A DNA stretch of 64,000 bases, taken from NCBI GenBank assembly GCA_965248925.1, contig CBDFLE010000006.1, forward strand, positions 352,001-416,000. Reading direction: 5' to 3'. The notes under the pieces were generated by a model. It was not told the DNA's origin, searched no databases, and worked only from the letters and a program-made list of their open reading frames with translations. The position numbers were made by a program, and so were the translations under genes. Positions 1 to 54,403 of the stretch are shown here, piece after piece. This DNA comes from Candidatus Multivoradales bacterium. GTDB lineage: Bacteria; Acidobacteriota; Thermoanaerobaculia; Multivoradales; J023. Every line of letters begins with the position of its first letter. The stretch's first letter is position 1.

Positions 1-45122
<45,122 letters not shown>

Positions 45123-45368
45123 CTACCGAGCCTCGTGCTTTCGACTCTGCTTCTGTTGTCTCTCCCTAGCATAGGGTACTGAAGAGAATATATAGCGAAC
45201 CCTACGGCGGAGTATTTGGTAAGCGATCTCTCTATCTTGAGGGCAACTTCTCTCGATTCTGTAGTTGACCCAAAGTTGGGGTAGCGTTTGCCGAGTGGAT
45301 AGACTCGCGCTTAACGCCTTGATGCTCTGGCACCCACTTCCCATCCCCTTCCTGTTGGAGCGTCGGCG
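45123..45368. promoter_or_regulatory. Divergent promoter region between the megasynthetase and the trans-AT gene
   Basis: 246-bp gap between head-to-head starts, noticeably AT-richer than its flanks; specific boxes not resolved. Confidence 0.6.
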
Positions 45369-47756
45369 ATGAGTCGTGGCCTCATTGCCTGTGTCTTTCC
45401 AGGTCAAGGATCCCAACGCAAGGGGATGGGGGCGGATCTCTTCGATCACTTCCCCGCCCAATGTGCTGCCGCGGATCAGATCCTCGGTTATTCCCTGCGC
45501 CAGCTGTGTCTCGAAGACCCGCGGCGGGAACTACGTTTCACCGCTTTCACCCAACCCGCTCTGTTCGTGGTCAATGCCTTGAGCTGGTTGCGGCGCCAGC
45601 AAGACCAACCGCCACCGCAGTTCCTGGCTGGTCATAGCCTGGGCGAATACAACGCCCTCTTCGCAGCCGGTTGCTTCGATTTCGAAACCGGTCTGCGGCT
45701 GGTCCAGCGCCGGGGGGAGATCATGGGCCGAGTCCAAGACGGTGGCATGGCCGCGGTGCTCGGTTTACCAGCTGAGCTGGTGCAGGGGGTGCTAGAGCAG
45801 CAAGGAGTTGCGGTAGATATCGCCAACATCAATCTGGCGCATCAATTGGTGCTGTCGGGCGCCAAAGAAGACTTGGAGCAGCTGTTCCAGCCACTCGAAA
45901 AAGCGGGCGCCCGCAAGTGCATTCTGCTCAACGTCAGCGGCGCCTTCCACTCCCGCCACATGGCCTCCGCGGCCGCAGAGTTCGAGTGTTTCCTCAAGGG
46001 TTTTGCTTTCGCCGAACCCAACATCGAAGTCATCGCTAACGTCACCGCCCAGCCCTACACCACCAACTCCACCGTCAGCAACCTGGCGGCTCAAATTCGC
46101 TCACCGGTGCGCTGGGCTCAGATCATGAGCTACCTGCGCCTCCAGGGAGTAGATGAGTTGCAGGAGTTGGGACCTGGCAAAGTGCTGCGCAAGCTTTGGG
46201 CAACGGCGCTGGAGGAAGAAGCCCCGGTCCTCTGCCTCAACCGAGAGGCTGAGAGAGTCAGCGACGAAGACGCCCCCGGCACCGCTGAAGGCGCTGGTTC
46301 CCCGCAACCTCTGGGAGATCCTGCATTTCGCCACCAATATGGCCTGCGCCACGCTTATGTCGCCAGTGCCCCCGTGGCGGGCGTTCGCACGCCGGAGTTC
46401 GTCATCAACCTCGGCCAGAAGGGGTTCCTCAGTTTCCTCGACCTGGCGCCGGAAGAAGACCCGGTGCTGCCCGGCGTAGAGGCCGCCATCCAGCAGATCT
46501 CCCGAGCTCTCGCGGGTCCCGGAGTGAGCTTTGGCCTAAGCCTCCGTCCAGCTGCGGCGGACTCCTGCCACGGGACGCCAAATTCAGAGGAACAGCTGGT
46601 CGCGATCGCCCTAAAGCACAACCTCCAAGTCGCCGAGGCGGTGGGCTATCGACGCCTTACCGCGCCCCTGGTGCGCTTCCGCTTCTCCGGCGCCTGCTGC
46701 AACGGCCATGGTCAACCCGTGGCCCGGCGTCAACTATTGGCCCAAGTGACTGATCGCAGAACTGCTGCCCTATTCCTCGACCCGGCGCCGGAGAAGCTAG
46801 TGATCGGCCTAGTAAGCCGCGGCGAACTCACCGCCGAGGAAGGAGAAATCGCTCGCCTGCTGCCGATGAGCGGCGATCTCTGCACCATGACCGGCACTGC
46901 CGAAGGCGGCGACTTGATCACCCTGCTCCCCGCCATCCAACGCCTCCGCGACCAGCTGAGTGGGCAATATCCGGGAGAGCCGATTCGAGTGGGAGCTGGC
47001 GGCGCCTTGGGCACCCCCGAAGCGCTGGCCTGCGCTTTTCTCCTCGGTGCGGATTTCGTGCTCACCGGGGCAATCAACATGAGTTCAGCAGAAGTCGCGC
47101 TGCCTCAGTTCATCAAGGAAATCCTCTTCCAGCTGACCGCGGGGGAGACCTGCGCGGTTCCTGCCGCCGATGGATTCGAACTAGGTGCGCGCACCCAGGT
47201 GCTCAAGCGAGGCACTCTCTTCGCCGCTCGGGCCACCAAGCTTTACCATCTCTTTCGCTTCCACGACTCCCTCGAATCGCTCGACCCGGAACTGCGCAAG
47301 AAGCTCGAAACTTCTTACTTCAAACGCACCATCGCCTCGATCCGCGACCGCCTGGCAAACAACGGCGGCCCCAAGCAGCAAATGGCGCAGGTGTTCGGTT
47401 GGTATCTTCGCCAAAGCCTGCGGTGGGCGGTAGAAGGCGACCTCGCCAACAAGCTCAACTACCAGATTCCCTGCGACGAATCGCTGGCCGCCTTCAACCT
47501 CTACGCCGCCACGAGCCAACTTGCCGACCCCGCACAACGCACCGTCGCCGCTATTGCCGAAACCTTGATGGCCGCCGCAGCGACCTTTGTCGGACAGCAG
47601 GTTTATCGCTACAAAGGTCTTGAGTCGCCTACGAACTTGGACCGTGTCGTCGTTGTTCAGCTCGACTTAGGTGTCGACAACGTACACACCGCCCGAGATG
47701 GTACCGTCCTCGGCCTGCCAGACGTCGCCACCGGCGGCTTGGAAGACCTCCTCTAG
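45369..47756 (+). CDS. Trans-acting malonyl-CoA acyltransferase fused to a PfaD-like enoyl reductase domain (PksE/BaeE-type), ER apparently degenerate
   Basis: FPGQGSQ, TQPAL, GHSLG and SGAFHS (malonyl-type). The C-half has LGDPAFRHQYGL, RVGAGGALGTPEA and QVLKRGTLFAARATKLY but lacks EADSGGH. Confidence 0.92.
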   Translation: MSRGLIACVFPGQGSQRKGMGADLFDHFPAQCAAADQILGYSLRQLCLEDPRRELRFTAFTQPALFVVNALSWLRRQQDQPPPQFLAGHSLGEYNALFAAGCFDFETGLRLVQRRGEIMGRVQDGGMAAVLGLPAELVQGVLEQQGVAVDIANINLAHQLVLSGAKEDLEQLFQPLEKAGARKCILLNVSGAFHSRHMASAAAEFECFLKGFAFAEPNIEVIANVTAQPYTTNSTVSNLAAQIRSPVRWAQIMSYLRLQGVDELQELGPGKVLRKLWATALEEEAPVLCLNREAERVSDEDAPGTAEGAGSPQPLGDPAFRHQYGLRHAYVASAPVAGVRTPEFVINLGQKGFLSFLDLAPEEDPVLPGVEAAIQQISRALAGPGVSFGLSLRPAAADSCHGTPNSEEQLVAIALKHNLQVAEAVGYRRLTAPLVRFRFSGACCNGHGQPVARRQLLAQVTDRRTAALFLDPAPEKLVIGLVSRGELTAEEGEIARLLPMSGDLCTMTGTAEGGDLITLLPAIQRLRDQLSGQYPGEPIRVGAGGALGTPEALACAFLLGADFVLTGAINMSSAEVALPQFIKEILFQLTAGETCAVPAADGFELGARTQVLKRGTLFAARATKLYHLFRFHDSLESLDPELRKKLETSYFKRTIASIRDRLANNGGPKQQMAQVFGWYLRQSLRWAVEGDLANKLNYQIPCDESLAAFNLYAATSQLADPAQRTVAAIAETLMAAAATFVGQQVYRYKGLESPTNLDRVVVVQLDLGVDNVHTARDGTVLGLPDVATGGLEDLL

Positions 47757-48010
47757 AGTTTCCGCCGAACCGTCGTGCAAGTAAGGTGCGGTGGCCCAGA
47801 CAGCCGCGAGCCGTCGCCCGCCATCGCCATCGCCCGCGGACCCGAGAGAAAGGCACCATTTTCGAGTCGACTCCCGGTGTCGTAACGGCGCAGCTCACCC
47901 GAGCTGGCGGCTCGGGCAACCGATCGCGTATCCGCGCACACCGGCACCTCAGCCACCCCGCTCAGGGTGTCGGCATCGACCGCAGTCAGGGTGTGGTAGT
48001 CGATCATGAG
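47620..48010 (-). pseudogene. Remnant of a YVTN beta-propeller/cytochrome c peroxidase-like gene
   Basis: From 47810 the minus strand reads LAAVWATAPYLHDGSAETLEEVF...QAEDGTISGG, with an in-frame TAA at 47667-47669. Upstream, in another frame, HTLTAVDADTLSGVAEVPVCADTRSVA resembles a YVTN repeat. Confidence 0.55.
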
Positions 48011-48161
48011 CACAACAGAGAAGGGGACGGCAGCAACCAAATCCTGTACCTGGCGCCACGGCTAGACCTAAAACAGATCCCTGGGGTTAGAGGCAGGAAA
48101 TCAGCTTTGCGGTACAGTGGCATTAACGTTTTCTCTCTCGTGCCTATCCCAGGAGAAGCCT

Positions 48162-49421
48162 ATGGCTGACACCCCGGTTCTTAGCGATGTCGAACAGGCC
48201 TTGTTGGACGCGGTTCCCGCGGCTCTACGCAGCGGTGTCGAACTTCTCGAGTGGTGGCGCCGGGCGGATGCCGAGGACGACTACTCGCACCGCTACACTG
48301 AAACCACCGTCTTCAACCGCCCCCAAGACCAAAGCTACGGCTTCTTCGACAGTGCCGAACTCAGCACCGGCAAGGTGCCGGTCAACGGCAACGTGCAGGA
48401 AATGTTCTACGACGAGCCCAAGTCACCGCCCGACTACGAGGGCACGGCCATCGAGTGGATGGATGGTCAACTCAAGGAGTTCATCCTCCACTACTTCATG
48501 CGCATCAGCGACTTTCGCCTACCCGAGCCGCTGGCCGAGGATCACTCCGATCCACCACCAGGACTGGGTGGCCTATCGCAATGCCAAGAAAGCTCTCCCC
48601 CGGCGGAAGTCGGCTTCGGCTTTTCTCAGTTGTTCAAGAAAATCCGCGGCGGTGGCATCGAGCGCTTCGCAGAAGATCAGCGCGACCAGATCGTCGACTT
48701 ACAAACCTTCACCGACCAGGAAGGTGATGAACTCGAATGGGTGGTGCTGAAGAACCCGATCTTCGGCTTCGGCTTCGACCTCCGCCCGCTAGGACCCAAA
48801 GGACCGGCACTCAAGATTCCGGCGCGGGTGTTCAATTACCTGGTGATCTCCCCCGACTTTATCGTCAATCAGAAACAGCCGGAGCCGGGCATCCGTGGCC
48901 GCTATGGCTTCGGCTACGCCTTTGTCAACGATCCTGAACCGGGCGTCTTCGGCTACGGTCCGGGACAACTCGAACCGGCTTTCGAGCAGCTGGTCTGGGA
49001 GGTGCGAGACTCGGGCGAGATCACCGTGCGGGCGGCGTTTGTCTCCGAAGAACCCAAGACGATCCTCAATCTGTCGATCGACCCGCTGGCCTGGGGTGAG
49101 CAGATCAGTAAGGCTCTGGGCGCCGAAATGCCCAGCATCTTGCGCCCATTCAAGAAGATCTACGACCGTCTTCCTTTCGCCAAGATGACTTTCGATCCGG
49201 TGCTACCGGCTATCCGTCTGCTCAACACCTTGAGCGCTGGCCAGGCCTCCAAACGGCTGTGTATCTCCAAGACTCAGGTGATCAAGCAGGCGCTGTTTCT
49301 CCATTTCATGCAGCACTACCAGACCATTGTCGGCTCGCTTCAAACCTGGCGCCAGATTCCCGATTGGACGGCGCAAGAGGAGCAGCTGCCGAAGTTCGTG
49401 GTCAGTGGCCGCAGCAGCTGA
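48162..49421 (+). CDS. Hypothetical protein (about 419 aa)
   Basis: Long ORF with protein-like composition; AGGAGA precedes ATG 48162, a better start than the track's 48117. No family recognised. Confidence 0.8.
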   Translation: MADTPVLSDVEQALLDAVPAALRSGVELLEWWRRADAEDDYSHRYTETTVFNRPQDQSYGFFDSAELSTGKVPVNGNVQEMFYDEPKSPPDYEGTAIEWMDGQLKEFILHYFMRISDFRLPEPLAEDHSDPPPGLGGLSQCQESSPPAEVGFGFSQLFKKIRGGGIERFAEDQRDQIVDLQTFTDQEGDELEWVVLKNPIFGFGFDLRPLGPKGPALKIPARVFNYLVISPDFIVNQKQPEPGIRGRYGFGYAFVNDPEPGVFGYGPGQLEPAFEQLVWEVRDSGEITVRAAFVSEEPKTILNLSIDPLAWGEQISKALGAEMPSILRPFKKIYDRLPFAKMTFDPVLPAIRLLNTLSAGQASKRLCISKTQVIKQALFLHFMQHYQTIVGSLQTWRQIPDWTAQEEQLPKFVVSGRSS

Positions 49422-49473
49422 GTCACCCCTCTCTGCCGCCGCGGACCAGGAGGCCAGAGAAACTCAGCGGCGG

Positions 49474-49496
49474 AGGGGGGGGGATTCTCCCCCCCT
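49474..49496. terminator. G/C-run hairpin downstream of the hypothetical gene
   Basis: AGGGGGGGGGA-TTC-TCCCCCCCT can form a stem; no U-tract, so the terminator role is uncertain. Confidence 0.3.
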
Positions 49497-49636
49497 GACC
49501 ACCAGGACTTGTCGAAAGAGCCCCGGTAGTAGACACTCACCCCACCGAAGAACTGATCGGCGTCTAGCGAACGCCTCTCCTCGCGTCGATGCGGTCACCC
49601 TCGACTGGCGCCACCTATTTTACCTGGAGATCTACA

Positions 49637-51088
49637 GTGAAACTCGTGAGATCCCTCTGCCTCTCACTCGTCTTGGTACTGCTGGCACAAATGTCCCTAG
49701 CCGCCGCGCCCCGCCACCTTGGCCAACGCACCTTCACCTACCAGAACTCCAACTGGAGGCAGACCGACGCGGACGGCAGCGAGTACCAAGTCAATCCGCG
49801 AGTTATCACCGTCAAGCTACTGCCGAGCACCAGCCGCGCGGCGGCGGACCGGCTGCACCACGATTTGGACGCCAGCGTCCTGCGCCGCGCGCGGACCGGC
49901 TTCATCGATGTGCGTATCGCGACCGGCAAAGACGTCTTCACGGCGGTCGACGAATACCTGGCCAGCGGCCTAGTGGAGCTGGCCGAGCCCAACACTTTTG
50001 GCACCTACACCATAGTGCCCGACGACACCAACTATGGCAGCCAATGGCACCCGGCAAAAGTCGAAGCCGAAACCGCCTGGGAAACCACCGCCGGCTCCCC
50101 CAACGCGGTGATAGCGGTGCTCGACTCAGGCTCGGAATTCAGCCATCCGGACCTCGGCACCGGCACCGATGGCTATCAGAACGTCTGGCTCAACGCTGGC
50201 GAAGACGCTTGGAGCGATGTCAACGATCCAACCACCGGTGACGGCATCGACAACGACATGAACGGCTACACCGACGATTGGAAGGGCTACGACTTCTCGA
50301 CCGGCAACAACAACGGCGAAGGGTCCTTCTTCCACGGCACCGCGGTAGCTGGCGTCAGCGCCGCCAAAACCAATAACGGCCGCGGCGTGGCGGGCATCGC
50401 GGGTGGCTGGAACTCAGCAGGCGCGCGAATCATGGTCGCTGGTGTGGGCGAGAGCTTCCCCAACGGCGCCGCCCTGGATGACGCCATCCTTTACGCTGCC
50501 GCCGAAGGCGCCGATGTCGTTCAGCTGAGCCTAGCGGTCGGTCAAAGCGCGGCGATCGACGCCGCCGTGCAGATGGCCTACGACGACTTCGACCTGACCA
50601 TCATCTGCGCTTCGGGCAACGGCAGCGCCGCCGCGGTGACCTATCCGAGTTCTCTACCGCGGATCATCGCCGTCGGCGCGACCACCCAGAGCGACGCCCG
50701 CTCCGACTTCTCCAACTATGGCCCCGACGTCGAACTGGCGGCGCCCGGCAGCGGCATCTGGACCCTCGACCTCGGCGGCGGCTATACCACCTCGAGCGGC
50801 ACTTCGTTTTCCGCCCCATTGGTCTCGGGCGTGGTGGCGCTGATGCTGTCGGCCGACCCCAGCCTCAGCAATACTGAGATCCGCCAGATCCTCCGCGACA
50901 CCGCGGTCAAAGTCGGCGGCTACGACTACAACTGGAATGCTGGTATGCCGGGCCATTCCCAAGAGCTGGGCTATGGTCGGGTTGACGCCAATGCCGCGGT
51001 GCAAGCCTCGCTCAGCGACAGCCTAGTGTTCGACGATGGCTTCGAGTCGGGCGACGCCGGGGTGTGGACTTCTTCATTGGGCATCTGA
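49637..51088 (+). CDS. Secreted S8 subtilisin-like serine peptidase with a C-terminal DGFESGD tail
   Basis: GGAG then GTG 49637; signal peptide; catalytic triad VLDSG, HGTAVAG, GTSFSAP; ends LVFDDGFESGDAGVW. Confidence 0.93.
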   Translation: MKLVRSLCLSLVLVLLAQMSLAAAPRHLGQRTFTYQNSNWRQTDADGSEYQVNPRVITVKLLPSTSRAAADRLHHDLDASVLRRARTGFIDVRIATGKDVFTAVDEYLASGLVELAEPNTFGTYTIVPDDTNYGSQWHPAKVEAETAWETTAGSPNAVIAVLDSGSEFSHPDLGTGTDGYQNVWLNAGEDAWSDVNDPTTGDGIDNDMNGYTDDWKGYDFSTGNNNGEGSFFHGTAVAGVSAAKTNNGRGVAGIAGGWNSAGARIMVAGVGESFPNGAALDDAILYAAAEGADVVQLSLAVGQSAAIDAAVQMAYDDFDLTIICASGNGSAAAVTYPSSLPRIIAVGATTQSDARSDFSNYGPDVELAAPGSGIWTLDLGGGYTTSSGTSFSAPLVSGVVALMLSADPSLSNTEIRQILRDTAVKVGGYDYNWNAGMPGHSQELGYGRVDANAAVQASLSDSLVFDDGFESGDAGVWTSSLGI

Positions 51089-51299
51089 TCCGCGCTTTCG
51101 GCGATCCCACGGGCTGCTCTAGCAATAGGCAGCTCATGGACCCGTAGGGGGTGAAAACGGGCAGAAAATTTCGCGACATGACAGAATAACCGCAGCGCGG
51201 TCTTGCTCAGCTGGACCGGTCGAGAACCAGGGATCAAGAGCCAAATTCGGCGACTGTCCGAGACCGGTCAGCTTCAGCCAGTCCCGTCTCTCCGAGACA

Positions 51300-51355
51300 T
51301 CATCTTCGAGACTTCATCTGCGCGACGTCATCTTCGAGACGTCATCTTCGAAAAC
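51300..51355 (+). repeat. Four tandem 14-bp repeats, consensus TCATCTTCGAGACG
   Basis: tcatcttcgagact / tcatctgcgcgacg / tcatcttcgagacg / tcatcttcgaaaac. Confidence 0.85.
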
Positions 51356-51371
51356 CTGGCCAGGAGATAGT

Positions 51372-51620
51372 GTGGCAAGAAACCAAGCATCAGCGGCCCG
51401 TCGAGCCCGCGAAAGAGCCCGACAGCAAAAGCGACGTGAAAAACAGGCTCAACGCCAGGCACGGCGCGAGCAGAAAGCGGAAAACCCCACCGAGACAGTC
51501 GACGATCCGATGAACGATCCGACCATCCAGTGGGAAGACGCAGTACGCGAGCAGAAGATAGAGGACGAGGTGGAAGACTCCGACGAGGATGGTGACGCCA
51601 AATCCTCGAGCAGCGCCTAG
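51372..51620 (+). CDS. Small hypothetical protein with basic N-half and acidic C-half
   Basis: AGGAGA RBS before GTG; 82-aa ORF with strongly polarised charge. Confidence 0.7.
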   Translation: MARNQASAARRARERARQQKRREKQAQRQARREQKAENPTETVDDPMNDPTIQWEDAVREQKIEDEVEDSDEDGDAKSSSSA

Positions 51621-51725
51621 TCCCTTGGCCCAACGCAGACCCGACACCCGCGCTGGTCCAGCGAGGTCCGATCAAGCGGCGACGGCGCATGCCACGGTGC
51701 CCTCGCCAGCCGCCCCGAGCGAGGG

Positions 51726-52580
51726 TCATTCGATACTGTGCTGCTCGCTCAGCCGGCGCTCTTGAGACTCGGCGGCCGGCACCGGCTCGTCGCCCACCGC
51801 TGTCGACAGACGAGCCAGACGTTCGCGTTCGTAGAGGAATGCGTACTTCATGAAGCAAGCCTTGGCGGTGGCCCCGGCGGCTAGCAGGCCGCGGACTCCG
51901 TCGAGAAATCCAAGTTTGAGAACATAGCGCTGGAAGAAGGCGAATAGTGGCCGAAGCGCCAGATCCATGGCACGGAAGCTGCGTCCCCGGCGATGCAGCT
52001 CGGCGGCACTGAGCCGGGCGTAGCCAATCTGCTTGACATAGTGTTGCGCCAGATCGTCGACCGGATAGTGCAACAGCTTTCCCGGCAGCTTGGCGACCCG
52101 CCCGTCGACCCCCAGAGTTTCGTGGACTAGCGCCTCCGTGAAACGACCCTTGCCGCGTTTGCAAACCCGCAGCAGCCACTCCGGCGACCAGGTATGGCGA
52201 ACGAAGTCGCCCTGATACTCGGTCAGCCGATCGACGCGAAATCCATCCCAGCGAGACTGCGCCACGGCAGGCAAATCGGCCAGCGCCCGGCAGAGTTCGG
52301 CATCGGGCACTTCGTCGGCATCAAGGCACAATATCCAGTCGCCGGTACAGGCTTCCAAAGCCCGTTGTTTCTGCAGCCCATAGCCCGGCCAATCGGTTTC
52401 ATGGACCACGGCCCCCGACGCCCGAGCGATTTCCTGTGACCCATCGCTCGAGCCACTGTCGAAAATCACCACCTCGTCGGCGATTGAACTCACTGCCGCC
52501 AGGGTCCGCGGCAATCGCGCGGCCTCGTTACGACAGATCATGGCGACACTGAGCTTTGGGCTTGGTCTGGCGGTGCTCAT
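51726..52580 (-). CDS. Glycosyltransferase family 2 (WaaE/KdtX-like LPS glucosyltransferase)
   Basis: LSVAMICRNE, DSGSSDGS, WILCLDADE, VHE and GFLDG motifs. Confidence 0.9.
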   Translation of the reverse strand: MSTARPSPKLSVAMICRNEAARLPRTLAAVSSIADEVVIFDSGSSDGSQEIARASGAVVHETDWPGYGLQKQRALEACTGDWILCLDADEVPDAELCRALADLPAVAQSRWDGFRVDRLTEYQGDFVRHTWSPEWLLRVCKRGKGRFTEALVHETLGVDGRVAKLPGKLLHYPVDDLAQHYVKQIGYARLSAAELHRRGRSFRAMDLALRPLFAFFQRYVLKLGFLDGVRGLLAAGATAKACFMKYAFLYERERLARLSTAVGDEPVPAAESQERRLSEQHSIE

Positions 52581-52791
52581 CAGGACTCTTGTAGATTTCT
52601 AGTGCCGGACGGATATGTCGACCCTACCCGACTGCGAAACAGCGTGCTGGGCCGGCCGCGCCATTATAGATGCGTGCGAGGGAAGTAGTCATATTGATCA
52701 TCTCGACGTTGCGGGGCTGGGACCGACCTGAGAGCGCCTTCCGGCCACACCCTCCCCCCACCCTGCCAGCGGTCTGCTACGATTCAAACCT

Positions 52792-52980
52792 GTGAGCTAT
52801 GTACCCTCCACTCGGCGAGCCACCCCCAAGATCAGCCAAGCCCCAGAGGATCTGAAGGTCGATCCCAGCGACCTTCAACTGATCCGCTGGATGCTGGAGA
52901 AAACTCCCAGCGAGCGTCTGAGATATGCCCAGGGATTCGCCAACAGCATTCTGCGTCTGAGAGGCGGAGATCGAGCTTGA
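52792..52980 (+). CDS. Small protein preceding a nucleotidyltransferase (antitoxin-like)
   Basis: DLQLIRWMLEKTPSERL resembles small partner proteins found upstream of NTase genes; overlaps the next reading frame. Confidence 0.6.
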   Translation: MSYVPSTRRATPKISQAPEDLKVDPSDLQLIRWMLEKTPSERLRYAQGFANSILRLRGGDRA

Positions 52981-53485
52981 ACTCTTCGAGCTGCTGAGGA
53001 AGCTCGACCAAGGCAAGGTCGACTTCATCGTCGTCGGAGGCATCGCGGCGGTTCTTCACGGAGCGCCCATCATGACTGCCGACCTCGACATCCTCGTCCG
53101 CCCGGACCCACAGAACCTCGGCCATTTATTGACCGTCCTGGTAGCGATCAACGCTCGCTACCGCGACCCCGCCGGTCGGCGGATCGTCCCCGACGCCAGC
53201 CGACTGGAAGCGGTCGAAATCAACTTGTTGGAAACTGACTTCGGACGGTTGGACGTGCTGAAGTCAATCGGTGCTGGCTGGCGATTTCACCATCTAGTCG
53301 ATCAAACCAACACCATCGAAGTCGAAGATCTCCGCCTGCGAGTACTGGCGCTGGAAGTGATCATTGAATCGAAGCAGGTAGCCGATCGCCCGAAGGACCG
53401 CCTTGCCTTGCCTCTACTCCGCAAAGTGCTTGAGCTACAGCAAGAGGACAAATCGAGGCCGGCTGGGCCGATCGAAGAAGGGTGA
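52970..53485 (+). CDS. Nucleotidyltransferase (AbiEii/MNT-like); start codon uncertain
   Basis: The frame upstream of the track's ATG 53072 reads VDFIVVGGIAAVLHGAPIMTADLDI (GG...DxD motif); C-terminal SKQVADRPKD. Confidence 0.75.
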   Translation: MELELFELLRKLDQGKVDFIVVGGIAAVLHGAPIMTADLDILVRPDPQNLGHLLTVLVAINARYRDPAGRRIVPDASRLEAVEINLLETDFGRLDVLKSIGAGWRFHHLVDQTNTIEVEDLRLRVLALEVIIESKQVADRPKDRLALPLLRKVLELQQEDKSRPAGPIEEG

Positions 53486-53533
53486 AGAGCAGGCTGAGTT
53501 CAACAGCGGTAGGAAACAAGCAGGAGCCCGTCC

Positions 53534-54403
53534 TCAGCGGCTCTTCGGCCACAGTCGCATGACCCCTTCCTGCGCCACCACCGCCACCAGGCGGCCGTCC
53601 TGGCTGAACACCTTGCCCCGCGACAGCCCTCGGCCATCGGTAGCGCTGGGACTCTCGATCTCATAGAGCAGCCATTCGTCAACCCGGAAGGGGCGTTGGA
53701 ACCACAGCGCATGATCGAGGCTGGCGAGTTGCAGCTTGCCGTCGAACACCGAGGTGCCGTGGGGGCGAGTCGCGGTGCCGATCAAATAGTAGTCCGAAAC
53801 ATAGGCCAGCATGGCGTGGTGCAGGTCATCGTCGTCCGGCAACGAGTCGACCGCCTTGAACCAGATGTTGGCGCAGGCCTCGCGTGGTTCTGGGTCGATA
53901 AATTGCGGCAGCTGCACGGGACGGAACTCAAACGGTCGCTCCTGCATCAGATAGCGCGGCAGCTTGCCATCCGGCAGCCGATCGAGCAGCTGTTGACGGT
54001 AGTCGGTAACGTCCTTGAGCGAATCCGGCGCCGGTACCTGGGGCATGCTCGATTGGTGCTCCAGGCCCTTTTCCGGCACCTTGAACGAGGCCGCCATATT
54101 TAGGATCGGCCGACCATGTTGGATCGCCACCACCCGACGGCTGGTGAAACTGCGGCCATCGCGCTGACGATCGACCTCATAGATGATCGGCGACTCCTGA
54201 TCGCCTTTACGCAGGAAGTAGGCGTGCAAAGAGTGCACCACCCTCCCCTCGACGGTAGCGTTGGCGGCCGCTAGCGCTTGCCCAAGTACCTGGCCGCCGA
54301 AGACCTGCTGGGTGCCGATATCGCGACTCTCGCCGCGAAACAGATTGGTGTCGATCCTCTCCAGCGTCAGCAGGTGGATCAAGTCTTGCAGAATCGCTTG
54401 CAC
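53534..54403 (-). CDS. tesB: Acyl-CoA thioesterase II
   Basis: VFGGQVLGQAL, HSLHAYFLR, RDGRSF, LAYVSD and ASLDHALWF. Confidence 0.95.
   Translation of the reverse strand: MQAILQDLIHLLTLERIDTNLFRGESRDIGTQQVFGGQVLGQALAAANATVEGRVVHSLHAYFLRKGDQESPIIYEVDRQRDGRSFTSRRVVAIQHGRPILNMAASFKVPEKGLEHQSSMPQVPAPDSLKDVTDYRQQLLDRLPDGKLPRYLMQERPFEFRPVQLPQFIDPEPREACANIWFKAVDSLPDDDDLHHAMLAYVSDYYLIGTATRPHGTSVFDGKLQLASLDHALWFQRPFRVDEWLLYEIESPSATDGRGLSRGKVFSQDGRLVAVVAQEGVMRLWPKSR

Noticed and set aside
45277-45290. GGGGTAGCGT as an ops/RfaH antitermination site
   Set aside because: Imperfect match to GGCGGTAG, and it points toward the short AT gene rather than the giant ORF.
51300-51355. CRISPR array
   Set aside because: 14-bp units with no spacers and no cas genes.
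53534-54403. tesB as the cluster's release or editing thioesterase
   Set aside because: Hotdog-fold housekeeping TesB, not an alpha/beta-hydrolase TEII, and separated from the cluster by unrelated genes.
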